Source: Salpingoeca rosetta (Eukaryota > Protista > Choanoflagellata). Taken from it: a DNA stretch of 64,000 bases. This document shows, in pieces, positions 1 through 28,570 of the stretch. Location: contig JAWQFM010000001.1 of the NCBI GenBank assembly GCA_033442325.1, positions 2,854,420 through 2,918,419 of the forward strand, in the 5' to 3' direction. Each line of letters opens with the position of its first letter. Positions within the stretch are counted from its first letter, which is position 1. The notes beneath the pieces are model-generated. The model worked only from the letters and a program-made list of their open reading frames with translations, ran no database searches and was not told the DNA's origin. The position numbers were made by a program, and so were the translations under genes.

Positions 1-212
1 CACATGCACACACACACATATGCACACACATACACACACTCTCTCTTCACATTTCCTGCTTTGCGTGGTGCATTGCTTCCTTCAATGTCTTTTTCGCTCA
101 TGAGCTCAACAACGCACACCCACATAATCTTTTTCCCATTCGTATCTAACCCACCCCCTCCCACCCCACGTGCGTGCATGCATGAACGCACACGCCCATT
201 GTCATTGTTAAG

Positions 213-3011
<2,799 letters not shown>

Positions 3012-3053
3012 TGTGTGTGTGTGGGTGTGTATGTGTGGGTATGTGTGTGTGCC

Positions 3054-3087
<34 letters not shown>

Positions 3088-4966
3088 TGTGTTCGTGTGT
3101 TTCTTCCCCACTTTTTTCCTTTCCTCCTGTTTTCCTGCTGTCCTGTTTTCCTGCTGTGTTTTCTTCCTTTGCTTGCTTGTCCGAATTTGTTGTGTTTGGT
3201 TGTGTTCGCACCCCATACTCGCATTTTGCATGTGGCGTGCAGGGTTGTGTGCGGCCGTTCGTTGGCATGAGAACGAGAATTTTTGAATATGTTGATACAA
3301 TATTCGACATAGGCGGGTCATGGAAGTGAATCCCATGTTTTGCACCACCATTCGCAGACTCGAATCCATCTAATGTCCCCGCAGTTCACGTTCACGCGTT
3401 TCAGCCTAACGGCAACCAACAGCTGCTGCAGTGCTGCATGATGCCATTCGGACCATCCTTCGCCACCGTTCCGTTGCGTGTCGCACGTTGTTGCGGGTTG
3501 GGTGTGCCATCGCGACGGCATTGGTGGATTTCCAACAACGAAGACCCAATTCCTATTCTTGCCTCACGATTTTCCTTTTCTTGCTCTTGCTTGCCGTTGT
3601 TCTGTTGTTGGGGGATTCGTTTTGGTTTGGTTTGTTGTTGGTTGGTTGGTGCCTTTGTTTGTTTTGTTTTTTGGAGTTGGTGTTGGGTGAAGGCACAACC
3701 AATGCTGCATAGGTGAATGTGCACGCTGACGGATCGATGCCAACCCCTTGGCCCGCAACGCATTCCTCCGAACCCAAAGGCAGGCAGGTTGCGCTGCCTG
3801 TTTAAAAGAGGTCGGCATAGATGGGAGGGGCAGCTGGTTGTTTTGTTTGGTTTTGTGTTGCTAGCTTGCTTGCTTGGTGTTTGTCGTTTGTGAGAGCCAA
3901 CAAGCAACAAGCAAGCAAAAGGAAGCAAGGAAGGCGTGGTTGTTTGCTTGTTGTTGTGGTTGCAGGCCAGACCGTCTGTCTGTTGTGTTGGCTCACATTT
4001 ACGTGGCTTTTCTTGGTGCTCGGCCCCTTCTGCTGTGCCTGTTGTTGCCCTTCCACCCACCCCACCCCACCTTTTTGATTTTTGGTCAGCTTCATCACTT
4101 GCGACACGCAGTCAGCACGAACCAGCCATTTCTCTTGTTGATCGCAGCAGCCAGCAGCAGCCCTTATTGACCCAGCACTCCCTCAACTGAACACACGCCC
4201 AACCGCCGCACCGACCGCTGTGCCTGCCTCCTTCAACGCAGATGGAGGTTCGTTGCTGCCGTGCCGTGTGTAGAGATACATGTGGATGTGCTCGTGTGTT
4301 GAAACCTCCGCCTTGAACCTGAGCTAGGGAAGGAGGGGGGTGGGGGCTGCGAGGTGCACCCACAAACATGCACAACAAAGAACAACCAAAGAATCACCAA
4401 GCAAACCAAGCAACCAAACCAAACACGTACCCCACCAAATGTGATGGGTGCGTGTTTTGGTGGTGCATTGCATGTGTGATCACCATTGGTCGGGGAACCA
4501 CCCCTCTCCGCATTGTCTGTGTTCTGTGTTGTTCTGTTGTTGGCGCTTGCTTGCACCTGCGTTGTGCATTCGTCCGTCCGCCCGCACCTCAAACACCATC
4601 CAACCATCCAACCAACCACAAAGAACGGCTTGCGTTTGTCCCCTTCTTCCCCTGTCAAGTGATTTGTTTGCATTGCATGGCAGCATTAACAACCTCGCTC
4701 ACCGTGCCTCGCTTGCCTCCTCCTTTCTTGATCGGTTTCCTCCCCCCCCCCTTCCCCCTCTCCTCTCCCGGCTTGCTGTTGCTGTTCCGCCGCGGCACAC
4801 ACCACCATTCCCGCTCTTTCAAATGGATCCACCACCAACCGCGACCAAACACGGTCAATCTGGGTGGCTGCCTCCGCTGTTCAATCATCAACCCGCCCCC
4901 TCGCCTTCTCCGCCGTGCTGCCGCCCCAAATCAAAGCTGTCGTCATCCGGAACGCCAAACTCTGCC

Positions 4967-6169
4967 ATGTAAGCATTCACAACTCATGCATGCAATCCTG
5001 CGGGCCGTCAGCCTTCCACGAAACGATCCAATCAAATCCACGCACCACAGCACTCAAGAATGCGTGCCTCCCACGCCACAGCACTCGGAAATCCAACACA
5101 CACCAGCGTGCTACCAACTGTGCATACACACGCACACGCACACAACACACACACACACACACACAAGAACACGCACGACACTACACACGTCAGCGTCTTT
5201 TCAATCCCTTCCTCACACAGAAGAGGACCAAGCTCTTGCTTGTTTGCTTGTTCGTGTGATGTGACCTGGTTTGCGTGTACCAGCTTTACTCATCACACGG
5301 CGCGCTTGGTGCATGCCCTATCATCACCATTACCACCAATCCACATCACACGTCAAAAGGTACCGACAAGGGAGGAAAGCACCTGCCAACGAGATTTCCT
5401 TCCCCACACCAGCCGCCCAACGCCCTGTGCTGCGCCCGCCATTCCTGAGCCAAACCAGAGCCCGCGGTGACTCGAACGCCAGCACCAGTAGCTCAAGCAC
5501 CGCCACAACCACGAACACAAGCTCAAGTAGCGGCTGGACATCTTCCGCCAACTCGTCCGTGTGCACAAGCACATCAAGCAGCACCACAGCAAGCAACCGC
5601 GGAAGCTTCTTGACATACAACGGCTCCAACAACAGCACCAGCAGCCCCCTCACCCACATGATGAACACCGCATCCAACCCCACCAAGGAAGGCGACAACG
5701 CTGCCATGCTGCACACAGCAGCAAAGGAGGCAAACACGCTCGAACCGTCCCCGTCCATGTCCCAGGAGCAAGCGCCATCGAAGCACGACAAGGTGCCTGC
5801 TCGCAAGGGCTCGAAGGAAAGCCTGTTGCGCCTGCTGGGTGGCGATGAGCCCACACACCAACAAAGCCAGCAAGAGCCGCAGGAACAAGACCAAGAGCCA
5901 GGCCAGGGCGGCCGTGCAGACAAGGCGCGGGACAGCGAGGAAGCCGATGAAATTGCAGACACGCTCTCTCCTCTCACCATTAGCTCACCGTCGCCACAAC
6001 GAGAGGGCCGTTCCCCCCGCAGGCGCGCTGTGCGTGCACCCAGCGCGTTCTCCAGTGCGCCCTGGTTTAACCGCCGCGCACCGACGGTACGACACTCGCT
6101 GTGTGTGATGGTGTGTGTGATGGTGGTGTGTGTGTGTGTGTATGTGTGTGTGCGTGTGTGCGTGCGTGC

Positions 6170-6267
<98 letters not shown>

Positions 6268-7343
6268 ATCTGATCCACCTGCTGTTCTGAAATCCCCCCA
6301 GAAAGCCATTGCCAATAATTGCTTCCTTGCTTGCTCGCAACAATTTCACCTCAACCCTGTGCCTGCAAGCAACCAAGCGAGCAATGGCTGGCTGTTGATG
6401 AGTGCTTCTCGCCGCTGCCCTCACTCACCCGCACACCTTTACCCCTGCTGCTGCCACTCCTCGTGGTGCCCCTGTTGCTGGCTTGCTTGCTTTCAGGAGC
6501 ACGAGCCCAAGGCGCGCCGCCGGTCGCAGTCGGAGCCACCAGCCATGCGCTGTACGGACGCGCTCGCAGCCATCCCCGAGGCAAGCGAGGAAGAGGAAGA
6601 GCGTGCGCAGAAGCAAGCAGAGGAGGAGGAGGAGGCCCGGCAACGGCAGCTGGGTGGACTCAACCTTGCTGGTCACCGCGCTGGCGCGAGGGCCAACATG
6701 GGCATGGGTCCACACGGACGCCACCCCGGACCACCCGGCATCGGGCACCGCGGCGTTGGATCGGACACCAACCTGCTTCGACCAAACCCTGGTACTTATG
6801 CCGTCATCCTTTTGTGGTTTCATTGCTTGCACTGCACTGCATTTCTTGCTTGCAGGCAAGATAGGCCCGTCGTTTTGCCTGATGCATGCACGCCCGTCTG
6901 TAGGTCATATGCCATGACATTGTGCGCACATTACCTGTCACTCGTCTCAATCTCACACCGATTCTTTGCCGCCAACCGTGATGGATGGATTGACACACAA
7001 GACATGCGAGCGCGCAGCCAGTCGCTTGATTCCAAGTCTCGCCCGCGTGTCCGGCACCGCAGTCCCCTTGGTGGCACGTTCAACCCCATTGGCGCACCCG
7101 CCCCTGGTCGCCCGCGCTCCATCAGCCCGTCACCGCTTAAGCAATCCAGGTGCGGTTTTGTTATTCGCGCAGGTGTTGAATATACGTGTGCGTGTGTGTG
7201 TGACATGTGTGTGTGTGTGGTGTGTGTTTGCGTATTGTGTGTGATGTGTGTTTGTGTATGGTGTGTGATGTGTGTGTGACATGTGTATGTGTATGGTGTG
7301 TGATGTGTGTGCGTGCATGTATGTGTGAGTGAATATATGTACA

Positions 7344-7438
<95 letters not shown>

Positions 7439-7987
7439 ATGTGCATCAAACAGGCGCGTTCCCTGGAGTTCTTGGTTCAGGTTCAAACAAAAAGAAGCCC
7501 ACCACCACCACCAGCCTCATTGCTCACGCATGACGCATTCACACGCTCACTGTGTACCAACTCGTCATGCCCACACCTCCTTGCTTGTCACATCACCACG
7601 CTCTGCAGCCGGCTGAAGAATGCAGTGACGCTGCCCACGTCGCCTTCCTCGTCACCCAGCAAGCCCACATCCGCTGTGTCAACCAGTGGCCCTTGCAGCC
7701 CCGCCAGCAACCCGCACACCCGGCCCCGCGCCGCCACCACTGCCGGCCTGATTGGTCGCCCCTTGAGGCCTTCCCCTGCTGCAGCCGCGATGAAAGCCAC
7801 GACCAAGACACCACCCCCGCCAACGCAGTCGCAAGCAGCGTCAACGCCAAAGTCACCGCTGCTGCTTGCCCTGAGCCGCAGCAACCCCACCACGCCCGGC
7901 ACCCACGCTGGCGACGGCGACGGCAATGGTGATGGCGAGGGCACGCGAGCCGACGGTACCAGATTTGAGTTTCCACGGCAGATGTAG
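4967..7987 (+). CDS. Uncharacterised intrinsically disordered Ser/Pro/Arg-rich protein (~516 aa)
   Basis: Phase-compatible exons 4967-4968 (AT), 5360-6086, 6497-6791, 7002-7149 and 7609-7987 give one open frame, MYRQGRK...FEFPRQM*. No globular domain recognised. The start is inferred. Confidence 0.7.
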
Positions 7988-8926
7988 TGGATGGGTCGAT
8001 GGGAGTAAGGAAGAGTGGGGTGGCTCTTCGGAAGAGGAAACATCATGCAGCAGTGTCCTGTGCGTGCGTGTGCATGTGTATGTATGTGTGCGGGGATGCG
8101 CACGAAGAGGGATGTGTACTCAGTGTTTACATCGTGTGTTCGGTGTGTTGTGTTTTCGAGCGGTTCATCATCATTATGTCTGTCTTCACTTGTGTCTGTG
8201 CCAGTCTTTACCAGTGCCCTCTCCCTTGCGCTTCTGCGTCTCTGTGATACTGAAACGATTTATTTACCGTCCTACCATCGAGTCCTTGTTCTTTCGTTGT
8301 TCTGTTGTTTGATAGCTTGATTGAATGCACGCTCACGCGCCAACAGACTTATTTCCTTACATCTGTGTGAGCGTGAGCTATTCAGCTTTGTATGGTCACG
8401 AGTGATTTTAGTCAACATCACACCCTTCACCGCAATGCTGCAGCTGGTGGTGCTCGTGCCACTTCCAAAGCTGTTGCTGCGTGGGACTGTGTACCCGTGG
8501 TGGTTTGTGTATGATGTTGTGTGTGTGTGTGCGTGTGTGTGCTGAGTGAATTATTTGCCGTTCTCGTTTTGCCACTTACGTGCCATGAATCGTACCTCCC
8601 TGCTCGTCCTCGTTTTTTCTCTCTCTCTGTCTCTTTCATATTGCGTCACATGCATGCATGGGTTGTGTACGTGTGTTTCCCTGTACTAAGTCGTGTTTGT
8701 CCTCGTTTAGTTGCGCGTCATTTCTTGCGTCGTACTCGTAGTTCTTTTCGTCTCACAAATGCCCGTCATTACAAATGACAGCCTGAATGCTGTGGAGCAA
8801 TCACGCAGGCAGACAGACACCCACGCGCGCGCGCACTTGTAACCACCATTCCCTTTCTGTCGGTTTCTTGGACCGCACAGCAGTCCGGGCAACCTGGCGC
8901 CGTGCATTGTGCACCTGGGCGCGTGT

Positions 8927-12617
<3,691 letters not shown>

Positions 12618-12953
12618 CCTTCCCTGTTGCTTGCTTACTTGCTCGCTGTCCTCTTCCGCTTTTCTTGTCAACAAACAGCAATTCGCCAATTGCACCATCA
12701 GGTCGCATCATGCAATTGGCAAAACTCCCACATCATCCTCAGCGCGGCAGCACACAAACTGCGCACCTTCTGCACACACAAAGCAGCAACGGCGCACGTC
12801 GTTCGCCACAGCACCCCACGCCACAAGCAAGCAAAACAAGCAAGCAAGAGCGAGCCAGCGAGCTGCCGCCACAAGACAGACAGCATTAACACGAGGGTCT
12901 AGACAGCTGACGTTGGCAAAGTCACAGCTGTGTTGAAGAAGAAGAAGAGGGGC
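12618..12953. promoter_or_regulatory. Probable bidirectional promoter, TMEM129 / SPCA
   Basis: Divergent start codons separated by only 336 bp, with no long microsatellite. Confidence 0.55.
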
Positions 12954-21064
<8,111 letters not shown>

Positions 21065-21775
21065 ACGTCTATGAACCATCAAGTGCGTCATGGGTGGGCG
21101 GTGGTTCGGGTTGATAGCTTCTCACAACAAAAAAGTAGGCTTCGATCCCAGTTGTGTGTGTGTGTGTGTGTGCATGTGTGTGTCGGTGTGTGTGTGCATA
21201 TGTGTGTGTGTGTGTGTGTGTGTGTCGGTGATGAGAAACGGGGAAATAAAGTGTTGCCATGAGGGGCAAATAATCTGAGATTTACTACAGGCAGACGCGC
21301 TTTCTGACACACACACACACACAAGCAAGCAAACAAACAAACAAACAAACAAACACACACACACACACGCACGCACGCACGCACACACACACACAAGCAA
21401 ACAAACAAACAAACAAACAAACAAACAAACAAACAAACAAAACAAACAAGCAAGCAAGACCAAGAGCCCGTGCAGAAACAAACAATGGGAAGCACAAAGG
21501 CAAATCATGACATTCAGCAAACACGAGAACACTTGGAAGAACAAAATGGCACAGGAATAAGCATTGTCGTTGCCACCATCACTTTCGTTGCCATGCCAGA
21601 GGCAATTGTGGACCACATCTCCACCAAAGCCGTGTGACCCACACGACGAGACCATACGACAGCAACAATGTGGGGACCGAGAGAGGATCCCATCAGCACA
21701 TGAGCGTGCAAACAAACCAGGACAGAGCGAGCCACACGTACACACAAGTACACACGTACACAAAGTACAGCACCC

Positions 21776-22141
21776 TCATGCCGCGCCCTCAATTTGTTTG
21801 ACGAGATCCTCGCAAATGCTCGTGAGCTCGCGGTTGTCCGCATCCTGTCATGCAGACACACACACACACACGCAGTGTGAGGACAACAAGCAAAGACAAC
21901 AGGAAGTCGATGGTACGACGGACACAACAGGCCACACGTGCGACGCCACAACACATGTGCATGGCCCGACCTTCGCTTCGAGCTGTCGCTTCAGTTGGCC
22001 AATCTCGACCTCCATCCGACGCATCTTCGCCGCCGACGCCGCCAGCTGCCCTTTGTTCTCCTCTCGCACACGCGCAATCTCAACATTCGCCCTGTTCGCC
22101 ATGTTGCGGTTGCGCAGCGTGTGCATCAAGAGAGAGAGAGA

Positions 22142-22186
<45 letters not shown>

Positions 22187-24305
22187 TGTGTGTGTGTGTG
22201 TGTGTGTGTGAGTGTGTGTGTGTGTGTGATTGTGTTGTTTGTGTATCTTTTTTATTTTNNNNNNNNNNNNNNNNNNNNNNNNNNNNNNNNNNNNNNNNNN
22301 NNNNNNNNNNNNNNNNNNNNNNNNNNNNNNNNNNNNNNNNNNNNNNNNNNNNNNNNNNGCTTCAAGAGAGAGAGAGAGTGTGTGTGTGTGTATATTAAGA
22401 GAGAGAGAGAGAGAGAGAGAGTGTGTGTGAGAGAGAGAGAGAGATAGAGAGTTTGCGCAGGTGTGTGTGTGTGTGTGTGTGTTTGCACAGGTCACCATCT
22501 GCACGTGCAAGTTCAATAGCAACATGGCCACCCATCACTAGGACCACAGTCATCACACCGGAACCAACATGACATGATAGCATTTCGCGTCGCCACTGCA
22601 CTTACGCCTGAATGCGGTCCTCTGCGTGCTTCTTCAGCGTTTCGTAGCTCTGAATGTCAACACCAAGCCGCGGGTGATACATAAGGCAATGTACAGCAGC
22701 TGCCACATCGCGCACTTCACTTACTCACCACACACCAACAAGCAAACGTCCATCATACACAACACCATCGCCCCCTCTCCACATGTATGCTGCATGAAAA
22801 GATAGCTGTATTCAACCAAGTCGCGAGTGTGCACAACAGCTGTCGCCGTGCATGTGCTACACACCTGCTGAATGTTTGCGTATGCCTCCTGCGCCTCCGT
22901 GAGTGCTTGCCGCAACTTCTCCTCGTTCTCGCGCAAGTTGTCTGCAGATGCACGTATGTGCATGTGTGTGTATGCGTGTCGATGTGAGAGAGAGTGTGTG
23001 TGTGTGTGTGTCGATGTGCAAGCTTGAGTGCGTGAGTTCATGGGGACGGATGGAACAATCAGACAAGCAACGCGTGCATCGTGATAAAGTACCACCACGC
23101 CCTCACGCGCCATTCCACAAGACACACCTGCGATTTTCTTCTGGTTCTCGTATTTCCGGTGCAGATCACTAAATGCCGTCTCTGTGGACCGCAAGTCCTG
23201 CTCGAGTGTTTCCGCGCGCCGGCGCAGCTCCTGTTGCGAACAAGTGGAGAGAGCGTGGGTGTGTGGGTGTAAGAGAGAGAGAGTGTGTGTGTGAATGTGT
23301 GTATGTGTGTGTGTGCGTGTGAGTGAGTGAGAGAGTGTGTGTGAGTGAGTGAGTGAGAGTGCGTGAGTGAGTGAGTGTGAAGGAAAGAGAGACGGTGGAA
23401 CATTGATCGAGGCAGAGATAGATGGGGAGATAGGGAGAGAAGAACAGGCAGGCACATGGTTGTGTGTGTGCACACGCGCACGCATGTGGGCTGCCTGCTC
23501 TTCAAGCCACTGACAACGACATTGGATTAAATCCCCCACCGAATCGCCTGACGCGGCGTTCTGCTTCTCGGCGACGAGTTGATTGAGTGTTCGCTCGTAC
23601 TCCAGCACAACCTCACTGCGAAGCCGCAGTGGTTCAAGCAGTGCATGTGTGTGTGTGTGTGCATGTGTGCATGTGTGTGTGTGCATGTGTTCATGTGTGT
23701 GTGTAAGATGGTTGTAGAGGTGAGTTGCTTCCCAAGGCCCCACATGTGAACAAACAACGGAAGCATTGTGAGCGACATATGTGCACACAACACATGTCCA
23801 CACACAAGACGCGTGCACAGAGAACACATGTGCATTTATTGACGTGGTGCAAGAGCCGGCTTCACCTCATCTCCATATTGGACGCCTTTGCTTTCTTCAG
23901 CTGTTCCTGAAGATCCTCAATCTCCATCTGTAGAGGAAGAAATCAGTGTGTCGTGGGCATGTGCGTGTACGTGGGAGACTGTGAGTGCAGTGACACTGGT
24001 ACCGTTGTTGTGGCCGTCATCAAGGCAAGGAGCACGTGTGCACATGCACGCGATCCCACGCGTACCTGTGCGAGGTTGAGATCCTCCTTGTATCGCTGCA
24101 GCAGCTCGTCATTCTGAGCTGACGCCTGATCACACACATACGCACGCAAACGCACACACACACGCGCGCGCGCATGCACACATGGATGTGGAGTTAGTAC
24201 GAGCACGGTGTGTCAGTGTTGTGAGAGGAGTGCACTCAGTGATGCACACCCATGCACACGCTTTCACAGACTGAAGCCCCTCTCCTTCTAACAAATGTCA
24301 TGCAA

Positions 24306-24339
<34 letters not shown>

Positions 24340-26119
24340 ACAAACACACACCTGGGGCGCGTGTGTGGAAGCGGATCGCATGGCAGATGGCGGGGGCTTT
24401 GCCGGCGTTCCACTCGTCGCTATGGGAGACGAAGGAGTGGCCGTGGTCGTGGCGGGGACGCTGGTCGTGGTAGGAGTGGTGGTGGTTGTGGTGGATGACC
24501 CGCCTCCAAGGGACGTGCGAGGGGAGGAGCCACGTGAGAGCTGCGACAGCCGCTTCTTCGTCTCTTCAAGCGCACGCGCAGCGGGGGTGGTGGCTGACGA
24601 CGATGACGATGATGTGGTGGCGACGGCGGTGGTGGTTGGCAATGGGGCTTTTGTGGTTGTCGTTGGTGTGCTCACCGTGTCCGCTGCGCGTGGTGTACCG
24701 ACAGCGCTGCGAGGGAGCCCTGTCGACGTTGCGTGTGTTGTTGTCGTGGGTGTGGCCGTTGCTGGAGTGCGTGAGGACGATGGTGTGAACGACTGCCCGC
24801 TCGGTGTTGCTGGCTGCTGCCGTGTCGGTGTTCGCCCACTGTCACCTTGTGATGGCGACGACGACGACGACGACGCGCCCTGCGAAGCGACATTGCCGCG
24901 GGTAGGTGTGGCGTTGGAGGATGCTGATTGCTTGTCGGGTGTGCCCGAGAGCAGGTCCCACTGCTGCTGGCTGTACCCCGAGCCGAGTTGCAGTTCGTGC
25001 TCGATTGCCTCGCGCTCCATACCGCCACCACTGGGCACAACCTCCCTCTGCATGCGGGCGCGGGCGCGGGCAAAGTCGGGTGTCTGCAAATCCAAGAGCT
25101 TCGACTGACAGTGAGGGTAGTGTGTGTGTGTGTGTGATTGAGGGCGTGAATGAGAGTGTGAGTAGGTGTTTGCACGTGAGCGTGGTTGAGAGTGAGTGAG
25201 TGAGTGAGTGAGACAACGTGTGTGTGTGTGTGTGTGTGTGTCCAGGAGAGGCAGTGTTCAAACATGTGTTGTTTGTTGGGCAACAAGGCGAGGATGGAGC
25301 AACTTCAGGTGGAACAATTCTACCACGCAACACGCAAGTGCAGGTGCAGCACAATAAAATGCGCACACACGCACACAAACACACACACACGCACACAAAC
25401 ACACACACACAAACACACAAGCACACAAGCACACACACACACACACCGCAGGTTCACTGGCGGTCTGTTTCGGCGTCTGCGTCTCAGATCCAGGCTGCGA
25501 TGAACGGGGTGGGCTATTGTGTTGTGCGTTGATTTGATTGGTGGAACGAACGGGCAAGGTGGCTGGCAGCATGAGTGGATGAGAAATTGCCCAACTCCAC
25601 ACCACAGCACAAGGGCGACCTTCACACGACATGTCATGTGACACAGCCCACCGCAAACACACACACAGCAGCCACATACGCACACAACAGCCACACACAC
25701 ACACGCACACATACACACACGTACACACACGCACACACGCACACACATGCACAGCAGCCACGCATGCTCATAATATACGTTGCAGAGACGAGGGGATCAA
25801 ACTTCACGTAGAGGGACTGGCGAGCGAGGTCGGATGGGATGGAGCCTCCACGCGCTGCCATGTACGCGTCTGCAAGTGGCGTCGTGTTGTTTGTTTGTTG
25901 TTGGGCAGTGAGGCGGTTTGACTGTGAGCGTGTCCTGGAGGTGAGGCTGACGGGCATATGCGTGACCAGGTGTAATTGAGGAAGCGACGCGAGCTCATTC
26001 ATCATGACGAGCCGTCCACTCACCGAGGTCACCCTGCGTCGTTGGCAGGTCCGCTGCTCCAAACTCCTCTACATGCAGTGCAAAAAGTTGAGTTGGAGTG
26101 TGAACAGTGCCCAGAAGAA

Positions 26120-26203
<84 letters not shown>

Positions 26204-26358
26204 GCGGAGGCGAGGGTACAACGCACGCGGCATCGAGGACAGCAAAAACAAACCCCCCCCCCAATTGGCGACCATTATGGCAACAACCGGCAAACACCAA
26301 CACACAGCAGTCAGCAACAAGGAAGCGATGGAGGGGCTGCCGTACCGTGGTCTGCCAT
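21776..26358 (-). CDS. TACC: Transforming acidic coiled-coil (TACC) protein
   Basis: N-terminal LARQSLYVKFDPLV motif and a S/T/P-rich middle exon. C-terminal TACC coiled coil: EVVLEYERTL, DLRSTETAFSDLHRKYE, NEEKL, YETLKKHAE, RANVEIARVR, NRELTSICEDLV. Start codon inferred. Confidence 0.9.
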
Positions 26359-27073
26359 GACTGCTCACTCGCTTGCTGGCTGGCTGTGGGTTCCCTGGCG
26401 GCGTCTTATTGGCAGTTGTGGTGGTTGACGTTGTGAAAATTTCGCGAATTTTGCCACTGGCAAGTGGGTAAAATTGAGCTGCGTGTGGTAAAATAGTGGA
26501 CGCGAGGAGTGGTGGGAATTATTGCCAATCGTCGTTCGCTCACACGCAGAGGAAGAAGACACACAAACGACCGCACCAGAGCCACAGCAAAGAGAGCAAG
26601 ACAACCCGCCAAAACAGAGAACAGAAGAACCACAGCAAGCAAGTGCAGCACGGTGAGTGGAAGCAATGCGTTGCCCGCCTTGCTCTGGCATCTGTGTCGG
26701 CGTGTGGCCTGCCTGCCTTGCTGCTGCTGGCCGCTGTTGCTTGTTGTTGCGATTGATGGTAGTTGGTGGTGTTGCGCTGCGCCCCCGTTGTGTCCCTTGT
26801 GTCGTTTTATGGCCTGCTTCCCTTCGTTTGCGTGTCCTGTGCACGTGTGTCGATGGCACGCATGTACTGTTGTGTGTGAGCACACACTTGCACCCATGCA
26901 CGTCGACATGGACATGTGGGCGACTACCATGCCTGTGCGATGCCCACCCTCGATTCGGGGTTAGATTGCGGAAGCCATCTCACGCGTGCGCCGCTCTCTG
27001 CTGCCCATCGGTGTGTGTTCGTTGTGGCCGTTCTCTTTTTGTTGGTGTTTTGCGCGTGGCTGTGAACATACAG

Positions 27074-28516
27074 ATGAGCGCCCACAAGGAGGACAACACC
27101 AAAGCAGAGGCCGTTGCAGACGACGCCACAGCTGCTACCGCCGTGACAGAGCCGGAAGAGTCGACGCCCGAGACACCAGCCCAGCAGCAGCAGGAGTCGG
27201 CCGAGAGCAAGACCGAAGAGAAGAAGGATGATGATGCGGTTGAACCCGCCAATGACGAAGACGATGACGACGATGAGGAGGATGACGAAGAGGAAGAAGA
27301 GGAGGTTGATGAAGAAGCTGCACTCGCCCGTCTCCAACAGCGCATGGGTACGCCTGCGTGTTTCGGTGTATGTGTGTGCGTGTGTGTGTGTGTGTGCGTG
27401 TGTGTATGTGTGTGTAGCTTTGCGTTTGAGCACATGCCTGTGCACGGGTTCGTGGTCGTGAGCGAATGCACGTGCTTGTTTAGATGGATGTGCTGCAGAG
27501 CAGTGTGCCGTGTGTTGATGCCTGTTGCCTTCTTGGTGACCTTGTCGACCATGCCTGCGTGTGCTATTCCACAGGCGGCGAGACAGAGGCTGCGGCAGAC
27601 GAGGATGCTGGCGCTGATGACAAAGAAGATGGTGTGAGCGATGCGGAGCCAGCAAGCAGCGGTGACGAAGACGATGATGAAGACGATGATGAGGATGAGG
27701 CGGCAAAGGCAGACAAGGAAAAGGAGGAGAAGGGCCGTCGCAAGGTATGAAGGTTCTTCCCAACCTTTCCTGCTTGCCATCCTTCACCTCCAACTGACAG
27801 TGAACCTTGAAGCAACACATGCACGTACCACACCTGCCCCCCTCCCTCTTGCCATTTTGCTGTCCACCGCGCGTTGTTGCATTCGCTCATGTTGACCAAC
27901 CACATGTATGTTCATGTTCATGTGTGTACGTATAATGATGTGGATGTATGTATGTATGTATGTGTGTATGTGTATGTATGTATGTATGTTACTGCGTACC
28001 CTGCTGCCCCATGTGAACCGCAATACCAGAAGGATCCCCAGGTCATCCCGCGTGGGCGGTACTTCATGCACGACGACCGAACAGCGCCTGCACCGCGTGG
28101 TCGTGGTCGCGGCGGCGGCCGTGGTGGCCGCGGCGGCCGCGGTGGCCGAGGCGATGGGCGGGGCAAGCCGCAGCTCCACCCTGGCGCAGGAAAACACGAA
28201 TCGGCGGGCCCACGTCATNNNNNNNNNNNNNNNNNNNNNNNNNNNNNNNNNNNNNNNNNNNNNNNNNNNNNNNNNNNNNNNNNNNNNNNNNNNNNNNNNN
28301 NNNNNNNNNNNNNNNNNNGTAGAGTATCTGAATACATCTATGGCCAAAACCCAAAACAATACGAATCGTAGGAGCCCTATACATGTAGGCCCAGCCCTCC
28401 CGCTTTTTTTTTTTTTTTTTAGATGTGGTTTTATAAAACTCTCCAGAGAAGGGGACCCCGCCAGCGTGCCACCTTCCAAGCACCAGCAGGCACATGGTCT
28501 GCCATTGGGACACAAC

Positions 28517-28570
<54 letters not shown>

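Noticed and set aside
3318-3560. Repeat-free, coding-looking patch downstream of the rib gene
   Set aside because: No frame gave a recognisable protein or a consistent exon chain.
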